Below are positions 10,601-21,183 of a DNA stretch of 64,000 nucleotides, piece by piece. Source of the stretch: Yuukianura sp. NJ FZ-2021 (Eukaryota). Location: positions 5,394,001 through 5,458,000 of the forward strand of contig CM102285.1 in the NCBI GenBank assembly GCA_046563655.1. The letters are read 5' to 3'. How positions within the stretch are numbered: the first letter of the stretch is position 1; each line of letters begins with the position of its first letter. The notes under the pieces are model-generated. The model saw only the letters and a list, made by a program, of their open reading frames with translations. It ran no database searches and had not been told where the DNA came from. The translations under genes and the position numbers were made by a program.

Positions 10601-13600
10601 AGAAAAACCAAAAGTGCAAAAGAAAAGGGGGTAGTGGGGGGTACACTCTCCACCCAAACCATTGACTTGTGTAAGCATTTACTTTAACATCAGAATCGAG
10701 TAGACTGGCTTCCGATTTAGGACTACTCCATTTCCACTGCAGTGGCACGTCAACGACTCAATCCATTTCCTCTTTGCGTAGATTTCGTAGATGTAGGCTG
10801 CAATAACGGCAGAAGCAGGAACAGTATACAAAATGGAAAATATTCCAATCCGAATCATGAGCTTTTCCAACTTCTCCGTTTTTGAACGACCTGCCTGTTT
10901 TGTCAGTACCTGAAAAACACGTCAACATTTTTGTTTCCGCATCTGCACAATTGTTGACAGTTGTATTTGCGATTTAAAAATACTGCTACTACTACAGTGA
11001 TGTTCAGCGGAAGACACCAATAATATCAACAGCGTGTTGATTTTTATAATTATGGGGGGAAATAACCACCAACTTCCAAAAAAAAAAAATATAAGCAGAA
11101 TACAGAAAGCACCTAACCTAACCGTTCTTCATGTCAGTTCGCCGTCGCCCAGACCTTCATTCAAGGTTTCTTGAGAATGAAACACCTAACCTTCTTTTAA
11201 AAATCAATTTTTTTTTCATCAACTAAGGAAATCAAAGTCATCCTACATTGTCTAACACAGTCAAAATTTAGCGGTTACGCTTGTAAACACTCCTTGATAT
11301 CAAAGTTACAGGGATGATGGACCCTTACATAAAAAAAAGCTTTCAAGTGTAAACCCCTTTAAATTTATTTACGCACTACCAAATGATGTTATGAACGAAA
11401 AAAAAAGTTTAGAGTGTCAAACTGAATTCTAAGCCCCAGCAAAATATTTCTGTTTTTTTTATCTTTTTTTTCAAACCTTTCAAATCGCTTTGCGATTAAA
11501 GAAATACTGTAATACATGCCCAGTACTTATTCACAAATTGTTTCCTACATTTTCAAAACTTTAATTCTTTACAATTAACTAATTCGATTAATTAGTAAAT
11601 CTTCGATACGTTTTGAAATGTCGTATCCCAAATACAGATCTGTATTACACAATAATCATCTCCTGGTTCTTCAGTTTTCAAAATTAGGGACTGTCCAATT
11701 ATCGACCTCGATTAAACTCAAAACTTTACATCATGGAAAGGACTCTATCATTTTTTTTCGAGTTTTTCCGATAACTTATACCATTTTTTAAAAAATTGAT
11801 AAGATTCTTTCTTGCAATTGCTACAATACGAAAGGGTTTATTCCTGCACAAATATTGCGTAGAAAAGAAAGCGTGTTTGCTAATTTTAGCTAACATGTTC
11901 AGCAACCCTCTTTCAGTTTGTTTGCCTGCATTCGAATGCATGCCACGCCTCGCGAATACTCGGTTACCAGAATATTTTAAATTATAATATATTGCAAATT
12001 AGCGAAACGACATTGTCTTTGTTGGTATCGATTTCCCCCCATAATTTGCAAATTGAAAAACAAATACAGTGGCATATGTTAATCTTGGGACTTAATTTTG
12101 GGTTATATTTTGTAGTGAATTCACAACCGTGATGTTAACATCACGGTAGTGTAGTGACAGACTTGGACTTTTTACAAGGACTGGATCGATGATGACAAGT
12201 ATCATCTTTCATCGTTTGTAATAAGTCAAAGGTGCTACGACAATTTCTGAACCTTTAACTTGCGGTGTACCCTTGTCGTTGTCATTCAATATTAATTAAA
12301 TCTTACATGGCGAATTCGAACTAGGGCTATGAATCCGGCCAGAAGAAATGATGTGCCGAGAATTAGAAGAATGCCCAACGGAATAATGATGTAAAGGACT
12401 AATCGTACTGGGTCCTGTAACAAACGAGTAAAACGCAGGAAACACATTAGATGACGCTTCCAATGTGGTGTAGTGTTAACTTTAATCAAAATCTTGCTGC
12501 ACCTGATTTCCGATAAAACAAATGCCTCCAACAGGGTCACCATCAACGGCGCTGTCAAAAATGGCAACAAGCGTCGAGAGAGCCGGCAATACCCATGCTA
12601 CAATGTGAAAAATATGCGAATGCGATGCAATCGCTTCCGATCCCCATTTGCAACCTGCGGCCAAGTACCACGTCAGGGAAAGGATGACCCACCTATTCAA
12701 CATCAAGTTAAACAAAAAATTCATTTTTACACAGCTTTTAGAATCATTCCAACCTAATAATAACTAATATAAGTTGTATTACAGACTACAGACAAAGACT
12801 GCAGACGCTAAGACAAACGTCTACAAACAAATAACTATAAAAGTTCAATTTCATAGACAGTACGTTTGTTTTTCTTTCGATTTTGTAAATCTGCGGAAAC
12901 TGCAGTTTCCGCTCTTAAGACCTCATGAGTAGACATGCCAAAAATATTTACTAAAAACCCACAAAATATTTAAATAATAAATATTTTTCCTCAAACCTCA
13001 AAATATTTACTTAACTACCATTAAGGGCATGGGAAAATCAATAAATATTTAGTAATAAAAAAGCCCAAAATATTGATTTTGTTAACATTACAGGCATGGG
13101 AACTAAATATTGTTTGCATGTCTATCATGAGATTTGCTTCTTCATTTCTCTGATACCATAAGTAAATAACCAGATTTGTCAAAAATATGTGCTAAAAACC
13201 CTAGAAATATGGACAAAAAATATGTTTTTTTTTTTAAAAAAATCGACCAAATATTTACTTATTTAACATAAAGGGCATGGGCAAATAAATAAATATTTAG
13301 CAACAAAAACACCGGAAATATTTTTTTTTGTTAACATTGCGGGCATGGAGACTAAATATGCTTGACATCCCTGGCAATAACTTAACTTATTAATTAAGCG
13401 TAGCATACAACTTGGTATTACTTACCAAATCGACGAAGCCATCCCAAAATAGTAATTGACCAGAAATACCAATGTACATCCCCAAGAGACCCCGCCAGTA
13501 TTTGCATTTCCGCCCCCTACGTCAATAGTGTAGCGAATGATAGGCCCTTTGCACGCAATTTCATCGTGGCCTTTGTACAGCCTTAATAGATATCCGGTTG

Positions 13601-15653
13601 AAACAAGCATGTAACACGCAGACAAGTAGACGATTGGCCTCTCAGGGTACTTGAACCTGATAAAATTGATAAAAACGTCAGCTCTCAATTCGGATTAGGC
13701 ATTTTTTAGAATAAGGGTAGGAGGGTCTCACCGAGCTGGGTCGATAACAAAAGTTAGCAAGGTCCAAAAAGTAACAAATGCACACACGCTTGACCAAATA
13801 AGGAGCCAGTAAGTAGTAAATGTGATTTCATCCGCTGATTTGTAAATATTACAAGGTAGTGCGCAATCTAGAAGGCCGTTGACTTCGATACGCTGGCGTG
13901 TATAGTTGAATGCCTCCATGCCAGTAAGTCGCACTAGAGGAGAGCGGCAGTCTTTACAGGAACATGTATTCGACGTATTCAGTGGAGAACCTACAGCCGC
14001 ATTGCCGAGGTTGTTTAAAGATATTGTAGATGACTCTTTGTTGTTGGTGAACGCCACTTTGTTTCCTTTTGGAACAATCCTCACGGTTGGAATAGTTTTA
14101 GGTTCCTTTGGAGGCATCTCTCCCATTTTTTCATCCATACATAATGACTTCTTGGTGCCATAATCTGGAAACCGTTCACACTTCATTTTTTCGGGCCATT
14201 GAAATCCATACTGTATCCTGCAATGCCAAACATATTAATACAGTAATGTACCTTTTGCAACAGAAAAATATGTGGAACACCCAATGGGGGGCCCATACGT
14301 ATACTTCGTGTACTCCATATCTGTAAGTTCGCGGGACCCTATTCACAATTTAATTCTCCTAACTGCGACACTAATACCTGTCGCTTATTAAGATAATTGT
14401 AGTTTTAATTTTTAAACTAGCGTCATTGCGTCATTTAAATTCAAACAAGCCTCACAAATATCACTTCATTTATTAAATTTTTATCAACTCTACTTCTTTT
14501 CTTTGGAGACTTGAAATATAAGAGAGAGTGATTTGAAATAAACTTACATAACTGGTTCACAGCCGTATTTTGCCCTCTCACAGACAGATTTACATACAGG
14601 AACTGTCCCAGCGAAATCCTCCATACATAGTGGAACATACAGGGAGCAAATGAAAAATCGTAAATCGCTGGAACACTTGATTTCCACAAGTGGCCAATAT
14701 TGGTGAACTTCCATGCCTGCTTCTTCCTGTATACAATTACATATTTGAATTTAATGTAATAAGTAATCATAATGAATTGACAACTGTCTTTAAATTTATT
14801 CTAAAAAGTTAAGGGCCGCTAATTTCCCGGTTTTATATAACGACCTCTAGGTTATAGGTTCGAGGGGGAATAAGATGCGGGACTGTAAATCTCTTAACTC
14901 AACAACACTACCGCGGCGCGCATGGCTTCATTTTATTTCTTTAGCATGACGCTTCCTGTGCAATGCGTACCTTGGAGGGCGCTACGGTACATTACGTTAA
15001 TGAACGTACTTTTTTGCTAACATCGAAGATCTTACTATCACCGACCACAAATACTACAACTTAGGACAAGAATAAACAGCTATACCACACAAAAGTGTAC
15101 ATCGTACGATTATACAGTATTAAGTAAAACGTTGGTTATAAATTTATTGCATAGTTTTTTCTTTAGAAATTTTTCGAAGTCGGTTTTCAAATTTAAAAAA
15201 ATTTCAGTTGCTTTCTTTCACGTTAATATTACTAGAAATTATCAATTTTTCAAAGCTAATGGAGAAAGTGCTTTATATTTAAATTCTAAGTTTTTCATAA
15301 GGGAAGCGAAAAAAAAAACAAAGAAAAGCGTCTTCTAAATAGAGACAAACTATTGTCTTAGCTTAAGCCCTTAAAGGTTATATGCGATTGTCCTATACGA
15401 AAAACACTTGTCTCGTAAACTTAAGTTGCGATTGAAAACACCAAAGAGAAACGTAACTGACCTGAGTGTCATGGTTAAATTGATTGGGCAACTCCGTTAG
15501 ATTATATCCGATAGCTTTACACATTGGAATCGTAATCTCTTGACATTTTGAATTGTTTGAAATCTGCTTCGTCGTTGAGCTTCCTCCGCCAGCGCTATTA
15601 CTACTGCGGATCTCCAGTATTGCCAGAATCAGCATAGGAAATAGAAATGCCAT
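4695..15653 (-). CDS. fz2: Frizzled family Wnt receptor (Fz2/FZD5-8 type), 8 coding exons: 15653-15462, 14726-14548, 14217-13732, 13656-13426, 12692-12503, 12414-12307, 10909-10683, 4887-4695; 1806 nt, 601 aa
   Basis: Signal peptide followed by the CRD ([47 protein letters not shown]...[15 protein letters not shown]). TM region includes [38 protein letters not shown] and [22 protein letters not shown]7 reads [20 protein letters not shown], followed by KTxxxW (KTVESW) and a C-terminal PDZ ligand LTHV. All introns are GT-AG and the phases join into one frame. The subfamily call rests on motif resemblance only. Confidence 0.95.
4944..6418 (+). repeat. Left terminal inverted repeat (~1475 bp) of the Polinton-like element
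   Basis: Reverse complement of 9188-10667. I see only a few differences: the poly-C tract, an 8-bp indel near 5667/9945, and single substitutions near 6348 and 6391. Confidence 0.95.
5941..6300. repeat. ~115-bp tandem repeat (about 3.2 copies) inside the TIR, rich in ATTGG/CCAAT and GGGCGTGG motifs; mirrored at ~9305-9667
   Basis: TGATTGG(T/C)CGAC recurs at ~5945, 6058, 6173 and 6289 (periods 113-116). Confidence 0.85.
6673..7982 (-). CDS. Polinton/adintovirus-type double jelly-roll major capsid protein, split by a 1-nt frameshift at ~7235 (reconstructed ~436 aa)
   Basis: ORF 7029-7982 contains [40 protein letters not shown] and [14 protein letters not shown], which match the Polinton PY/MCP pattern (LDLF..P.T...YIDLS...PVNN.LHSLF..V.V.LN...YPYRAY.E.LL). 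ORF 6673-7230 supplies the C-terminal half ([42 protein letters not shown]). One added A in GCAAAAAGAAAATG fuses the two. Confidence 0.85.
8408..8965 (-). CDS. Basic K/R/S-rich low-complexity protein (~185 aa from the first ATG; ORF open from 9031), possible virion core/DNA-condensing protein
   Basis: Uninterrupted ORF inside the element, co-oriented with and upstream of the MCP. Contains [12 protein letters not shown] and [14 protein letters not shown] tracts and TPK/SPY/SPN/SPR motifs. The function is inferred. Confidence 0.55.
   Translation of the reverse strand: MDSAQVTPKNSRKTKNEDGNQVMGFLSNEELQVLESGNRRNARVEDDDSDGRSKLPRKLQKTSLQHGRMSPYEQHIPHQMSPNDTEARKTSKKSRGKESKSMKLTRKRKKGGRKEERIESPRCSGAESDTDSTKKNKKHQKVTQTEVAGKKSTRKTSKRKPKRGQTGLKYATSYKNGANGSLLLR
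9188..10667 (-). repeat. Right terminal inverted repeat (~1480 bp) of the Polinton-like element
   Basis: Mirror of 4944-6418. It explains the identical 61-aa ORFs at 5978-6163 (-) and 9443-9628 (+). Confidence 0.95.
12929..13372. repeat. Two related short AT-rich MITE-like units in a Frizzled intron
   Basis: AGACATGC...GCATGTCT inverted ends at ~12931/13123. The CATTA.GGGCATGG and AAATATTT motifs repeat four or more times. Confidence 0.45.
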
Positions 15654-15846
15654 GACCCAGTCCTTCCAGAATCAGATTTGAAAGATTCGATGTGATTGCC
15701 AATTTACATACTGCACGACTTCCCGGTCAATATGTACATAACCGCTAATAAAGTGGTGCTGAAACAATCAAAATATAACGATTAAAGAATTAAAGTCCTA
15801 CGACGAACTATGCATGTACAGTAACGCATTTTGGAACAAGATAATT

Positions 15847-16065
15847 GAATGCCTTCGCGGAAAAGGGGCAACATGGAAATCGTTGTTTTGACTTTTTTCT
15901 TGCTCAATTTTTAAACAAACAACATCAGGCGAAAAAAACGGTTTCTCAGAGCGGTTTAGCGGTTTTTTCGTGTAGGATTTCAACAGAAAAACCAATGCGC
16001 AACTCGTTGGCCCTAGACACTCAAATTGCAATTTCCATGTTGCCCCCTTTTCCGCGAAGGCATTC
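15847..16065. mobile_element. MITE, ~220 bp, with ~35-bp TIRs, flanked by AATT
   Basis: GAATGCCTTCGCGGAAAAGGGGCAACATGGAAAT ... ATTTCCATGTTGCCCCCTTTTCCGCGAAGGCATTC, with AATT on both sides (15843-15846, 16066-16069). Confidence 0.8.
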
Positions 16066-16273
16066 AATTGAAGATGTTATGTATAACAAAAAAAAATTTT
16101 TTTTGAATGAAGTGAAAAATTGCGCGTCTTTCAGCATTTGTTTATGTCATCATAATTTTTTTCCCAGGATGATTGGCGGGTATTAGAAGTGTTTTTTCTA
16201 AATAAATATTTACGCATATTCAGCCCCCTGCGTTCAGCCCCCTTAGCAACCAACGCCAGCTTTTGTTTGTCCC

Positions 16274-16400
16274 GTCACTCGTTGAAAAAATACCGGAATT
16301 TGGGGAATAATTATGGTATCCTATAGAAACCCATATACCGTTTTTAGATACGCGCCTCGGATAATAAGCTGACGATTACGGTATTTTTCAACGAGTGACG
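16274..16400. repeat. Short inverted repeat/hairpin element
   Basis: CGTCACTCGTTGAAAAAATACCG ... CGGTATTTTTCAACGAGTGACG. Confidence 0.6.
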
Positions 16401-17859
16401 TTATAAAAAAAATGCCGTGGTAACCTAACAAAGTTTCTGTTCGCACTACCTAGTATTATTCGCTATCTACCTTGACGCATATTGCGAAAGTATGGATGAG
16501 GCCTACGCTCCAAAAGTTTAGGAGTTTTTGAATTTTACCTCAGTTGGGCTTAAAAAAATTTCAATTCAATTAAAAAGTCTTTGTCAATTCTGCGTTTTTA
16601 TAGCAATATGGTGCTAACAACGATACTTCACTGCATTATTCGTAATCACGTTGTATGTCGTTTCTCAATTCGAATTCCTTTGTGTAAATTACCTGCAATC
16701 AGCATCCCGCAGATTGCACAGTTACTTCCTGCTATATTCTGTTCAGACTCAACTAGTACCAATTTTAGTAGCGCCTAATTGTCTCGCCATGAAACATGCT
16801 TCATTTTTTCTATTTTGTACTACTTCTAGCCAATGAACTTCTAGACTGGTAGAAGTAATTAACACATTATACGTATTCACTTTAATATAGGGCTATTTGA
16901 TTGTATTTATTTTTATCTAATGGTGAAATTTTTCTAAAAACAAAATGCTTACAATTTTTTACTGCCTAATTTTGGAATAATGGTTGTATAAAATATTTTT
17001 TTTTGCTGGGTTAATTAATAAATAAAATAAAATAATAAACTTCTGATTTTCTGATTTTGATTGAATTTGACAATCTTTGTTAAGAAAAACCCAACCATGA
17101 CAATTAGTTTATAAGCTGAATTTTTTTTAGAAACACTTTCCTTAAAAACAGCCGACCTTTGGAATATTTTTTTTTTACAAACAAACGCGTGCTCCGATCC
17201 GGAATAGTTTGAACTCGTCAGTTATAGCTTGCGTCTTTAACACAAATAATAGACATCGAAATAGTTATGCACAAATATTCGAATGCAAAAGAAGCAGAAC
17301 CACAACAAATTTCGTAAATTCTAATTAAAACTGTATGCTTACTATGGTTTGGAGATTAATGTAATTTTGTGTGTGTGAATTCCAGGTGAACTATCTGTCA
17401 AAATCAGTTACTCGGAGGAGTCGCGTTTTGATGAAAACTTCGATTTAACTCTAAATACAAACCCCAAACTAGCGGCTAAATTCGATCGTGTTGGATCGTA
17501 TTCGTTATAGGATACTGTAGATTTTCAAAGAGATATGTACCACCACAGGAGGGTTACTGCAAGGCAGTGAGTACGTCAAGGGAGAGTCAGATTATTGATT
17601 TTTGTTTTATTTCTTCATTTTCGGAGAAAGTATATTTGGAAGAATCTGGCTGCCAGTGCTTTGAGAAGGGGAAAGCCAAACACCCTCGTAAAGAAGTATG
17701 AGGGCAGTTCTGTTGCGACAAGCGTTTCTGTGACTCCGTATTTTACAATAACCCTGATCAAAACCGAGTGAGTCGAGGCGCAACCTGCAATTTAGGTAAA
17801 GATATATGATATGCAAGTTAGTAAAGATATGCTGTGGGGTGCGAGAAGCCACCAATGAC

Positions 17860-18297
17860 CCAGAGTCCCAAGAAATATTTCTTACCAATATATTAAATAT
17901 TTTAAATATTTTTTTAATAAATATTTTTGAAAATAAAGAATATTTAATAAATATTTAGGATTTTGTTTTTGAAAAAATATTGGTTTTTAAACCATAATTC
18001 AAAAATTTTATTTCAAAAATCCATATTTTTCGGTATGAACGGTCAATAAAATTTTTAACGGCAATGACGTTCAGAGTAAATCACCAGCACAAGTTAATAG
18101 TCCGAATAAAAATTACAAGGCTAAAGGCACCCCATGTTGGGTTGGGACACATGTTGTGTTCTGGGGCGTGTAAATGCCATAATTTTCAGAAGTATTGGAG
18201 TTTTTAGGAAGTATTTAAGTAAATATTTTACCAGTTTTTGGTAAATATTTAAATAAATAATTCGGTAGTTTATAGAAAATATTTTTTGGGACTCTGG
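17860..18297. mobile_element. MITE-like element (~440 bp)
   Basis: TIRs CCAGAGTCCCAA.AAATATTTT / AAAATATTTTTTGGGACTCTGG, with imperfect flanking direct repeats (CAATGAC / TAATGAC). Confidence 0.6.
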
Positions 18298-19986
18298 TAA
18301 TGACGCTCTCATTGGGGGTCAGGTAAGTGAAATTTGTTCTAGTGTAGTAGTCGTCTCAGATCCAAAAATCAGGGGGACTCATCTACATCTTGGTCGACTA
18401 ATATGCCAAACATGAAAAGCGAGTGGAGCGACTTAGATTTTTCTTACATAAACAAAATTAGTTGCGAATACTCGTTTTTAGGTTTAAAAGTTAATTTCCG
18501 AGTCCTTTTTTTTTTAAATAGAAAACCCCGCAATCAATCACATTTAGATACCGTTCAACGTCTTTGTCCTTATCCTTGTCCTTCCATATATTTTACACAC
18601 TGATGAACAATTTTTCGAAATTTGATTTGAAATCACATCAAATCACACAGACGTCGGCAACATTTTGCTTGTACAGATAAGGGGTGCTGCGCGGACGACA
18701 AAATTAAAAACGTTTTATAATATAATCAGGCTAGTTTATTTTACTCTACATTATGTTTGATTAAGGTAGTTTAGGTTTGGTTAATGTGAACTACGACGTA
18801 AGGTTTTCGATACATCAAAGGACAACTAGGTTTTAATTTTCTAGTCTATGTTTGTCGGCGACGTTATTACTGTAGAATTGTCGCTTTTTGAATGTCGGCT
18901 GTGGGGTTTTCCGCTTTCAGATTGTTCGATTGTTGGCTATGGCATGGAATCTTTTTTCCTTCCGGAAGTCAATATTGAAGTTACAAAGCTTTAGGGGGTT
19001 TATTTTGCAAACTTCAACTTGCAATTGAAATCCGAAAGGCAAACATGTTTGGTTCAGATTAAGTTAGGCTAGGCTATAACAGGCGAAATAATTTTGTAAA
19101 ATTCGTGATTCCATGAATTAGTCGACAAAACGATTTTCAGCAAAACCGGAGATAAAAAAATTCATAATGTTTCTTGAAAGTTTTGGGTATTTCAGTTTTT
19201 GTTTCCGGAACGAAAAAAAAAAAGCTTGTTTTGAGATCAGGAGTAAAAGTTCAGTACGCGAGTCTTGAAATTTTTTTTGTCTATTCGAATTGTCATTTCA
19301 AAGAATGGGATAAGAGGATTCAGAGGGTTAGGTATCCCCTCGAATAACAGTCCTGGGTCTAAGTCGGAATTAGGCACTCTTCGCATCAGAGGCATTTATA
19401 GCCCAAAGCAAAACTGCCAAAGCTGTTAGTAAACGGATAATGCTTGTCACCATGCACCATGACGAGAATAAGGGACAACAAAAGACGCATAGTCCGCGCT
19501 AAATTAACTTCGACAATGTTAGATATTCGGCAACTTTGTCTTTGCATTAGTTTAAACCTCTGAATTAAAAGTTTTGAAATCTCATTAAATGGGTATGTTG
19601 GCTTTGGGTTAAGCCATGTTGTTTAAAAAAAATTGAACGCGAACGGCGAAAATTCTACCTGGCTTAATTCAGCCATTTACTAAAGACTGACTATTGCGTC
19701 GTCCTTAAGCTGAGGTTTTGTGGAGTAACTCTTTGAATCATAATGGGAACTGCCAACACACTTCTTTTCTGCACACCCGTGTTCACATCTCTGCCTTTGC
19801 TTTTTCATAACTTTCCACTAACCACTATCAAAGCCGTCTCTTGAGTTTGGGTTTACAAGTAGAGGACGGCAAGGAAGAAGCAGAGTAACATCTCATTTGG
19901 GAGCCACGCGGCGTAGTTTGGTGATTCTTCAGTCCCTGGTTAAGGTCAAATTGACCGATTGGCAGAAGCAGTAACAGGAACCTCGA

Positions 19987-19994
19987 CCTTTTCC
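19987..19994 (+). promoter_or_regulatory. Probable 5' terminal oligopyrimidine (TOP/TCT) start site of RPL41
   Basis: CCTTTTCC sits 4 nt upstream of the RPL41 ATG, as expected for ribosomal protein genes. Confidence 0.55.
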
Positions 19995-19998
19995 GGCG

Positions 19999-20513
19999 AT
20001 GAGAGACAAGGTAATACCGTAAAACGGTACCCGGAATTCCTAGGTTGGTCGCATATTACGTTACGGCGCGTAGTGCATTATGTCCCAGTATGCTTTACTT
20101 AACTAATAGATCAAATAGAATTTGCACTGTGTCATGTGTCTACTTCTCTTTTGTGTAAGTGTGGAAGTGTAGTCCTCGAAGTTAATTGGATTAAAATTAG
20201 AAATTAGGCTAGACTGTATGGATATTAAAAATTAGTACATGAGGACGGGTGGGCCAAGGGCCAGTGAGGCGAGGTAAAGAGAAGCGCCAAACACAGGTAG
20301 ACTCGTCGTTGTCTGTCACCCATATTTAGTAGCCATTGTCAGTGTTATCTACTCAAAGCGTTAGGAAATCCGTATTGTTTAGGTTAGGTTTGTGTTCCTG
20401 GTGTTTTGAAATCGATTTAAAATGTGTATTATTTTTTTCTGTTGCAGTGGCGTAAGAAGCGTATGCGACGGTTGAAGCGCAAGAGGAGGAAGATGCGTGC
20501 AAGGTCCAAATAA
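19999..20513 (+). CDS. RPL41: 60S ribosomal protein L41 (eL41/eS32), exons 19999-20010 and 20448-20513; 25 aa
   Basis: ATG AGA GAC AAG|gtaata...ttgcag|TGG CGT AAG AAG... translates to MRDKWRKKRMRRLKRKRRKMRARSK*. It is too short for the ORF track. Confidence 0.93.
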
Positions 20514-21183
20514 AGCTAATTCTGTCCTCCAAGACTAACTGGATTCATTGGTCCGCCTAAGGAGTTAATTGTTTGGTGAGTGAAGAATCTTACTAAACTA
20601 AAGCGAAGCACAATTTGTGACAAAACAAGTGTTTCAATTCCCCTAATTTATCCTCTCATTCTGGTTCATTTCAGAAATCCATTTCCGGAAAGTGTAGATG
20701 ACAAGATGACATACAAATTCATCCGGCTACTATTACCATCAATAGTTTCGAGTCTTAAGAACAGCGAGTCAATCCACTTTTCCCATAACTCCTCTAGGCG
20801 AGCTAAGTTTTGTCAAAACCATGCTTTTGTTAAACTTTGTTATCCAATAAATCCATTTCTATTTCCTAAAAAAAAATGATTCGTTTGAAATTCAACACTG
20901 TTTAACATAGCGTACTTCTTTATTTATTTGGAATTGATGAAAGAATGCCGAGAGTTTATATAGCAGAGGCTTTCTTGCATGGTTTCGATGACGTACTATA
21001 CGGTGTAAAGGGTGAGGGGCTGTATGGAAGTGTTTCTATTCTAACGCTGGGATGAATAAGTATTTAAATGGGACCGTCATCCAATGATCCAGAGTTGTAT
21101 CGGCAATTCAGCTTGGACTCATTCCCTTATCCGGTGAATATAACACTAAAGCCAGGTGCATACAATGCATTGGAACGCAATTC

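Larger units (their letters stand above)
4944..10667 (-). mobile_element. Non-autonomous Polinton/Maverick (adintovirus-like) element, 5,724 bp, inside the last Frizzled intron
   Basis: Termini are 5'-AGTCAATGGTTTGGGTGG...CCACCCAAACCATTGACT-3'. A perfect 6-bp TSD TGTGTA lies at 4938-4943 and 10668-10673. TIRs are ~1.48 kb and the interior carries a Polinton-type major capsid gene. A 6-bp TSD with AG/CT ends is the established Polinton signature. Confidence 0.92.

Noticed and set aside
15798..16186. Opposing ORFs both starting MNAFAEKG
   Set aside because: They are an artefact of the MITE's terminal inverted repeats.
20230..20330. snoRNA in the RPL41 intron
   Set aside because: A C-box-like ATGAGGA and some pairing potential exist, but I find no convincing D box or H/ACA architecture. 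It cannot be supported without a covariance search.
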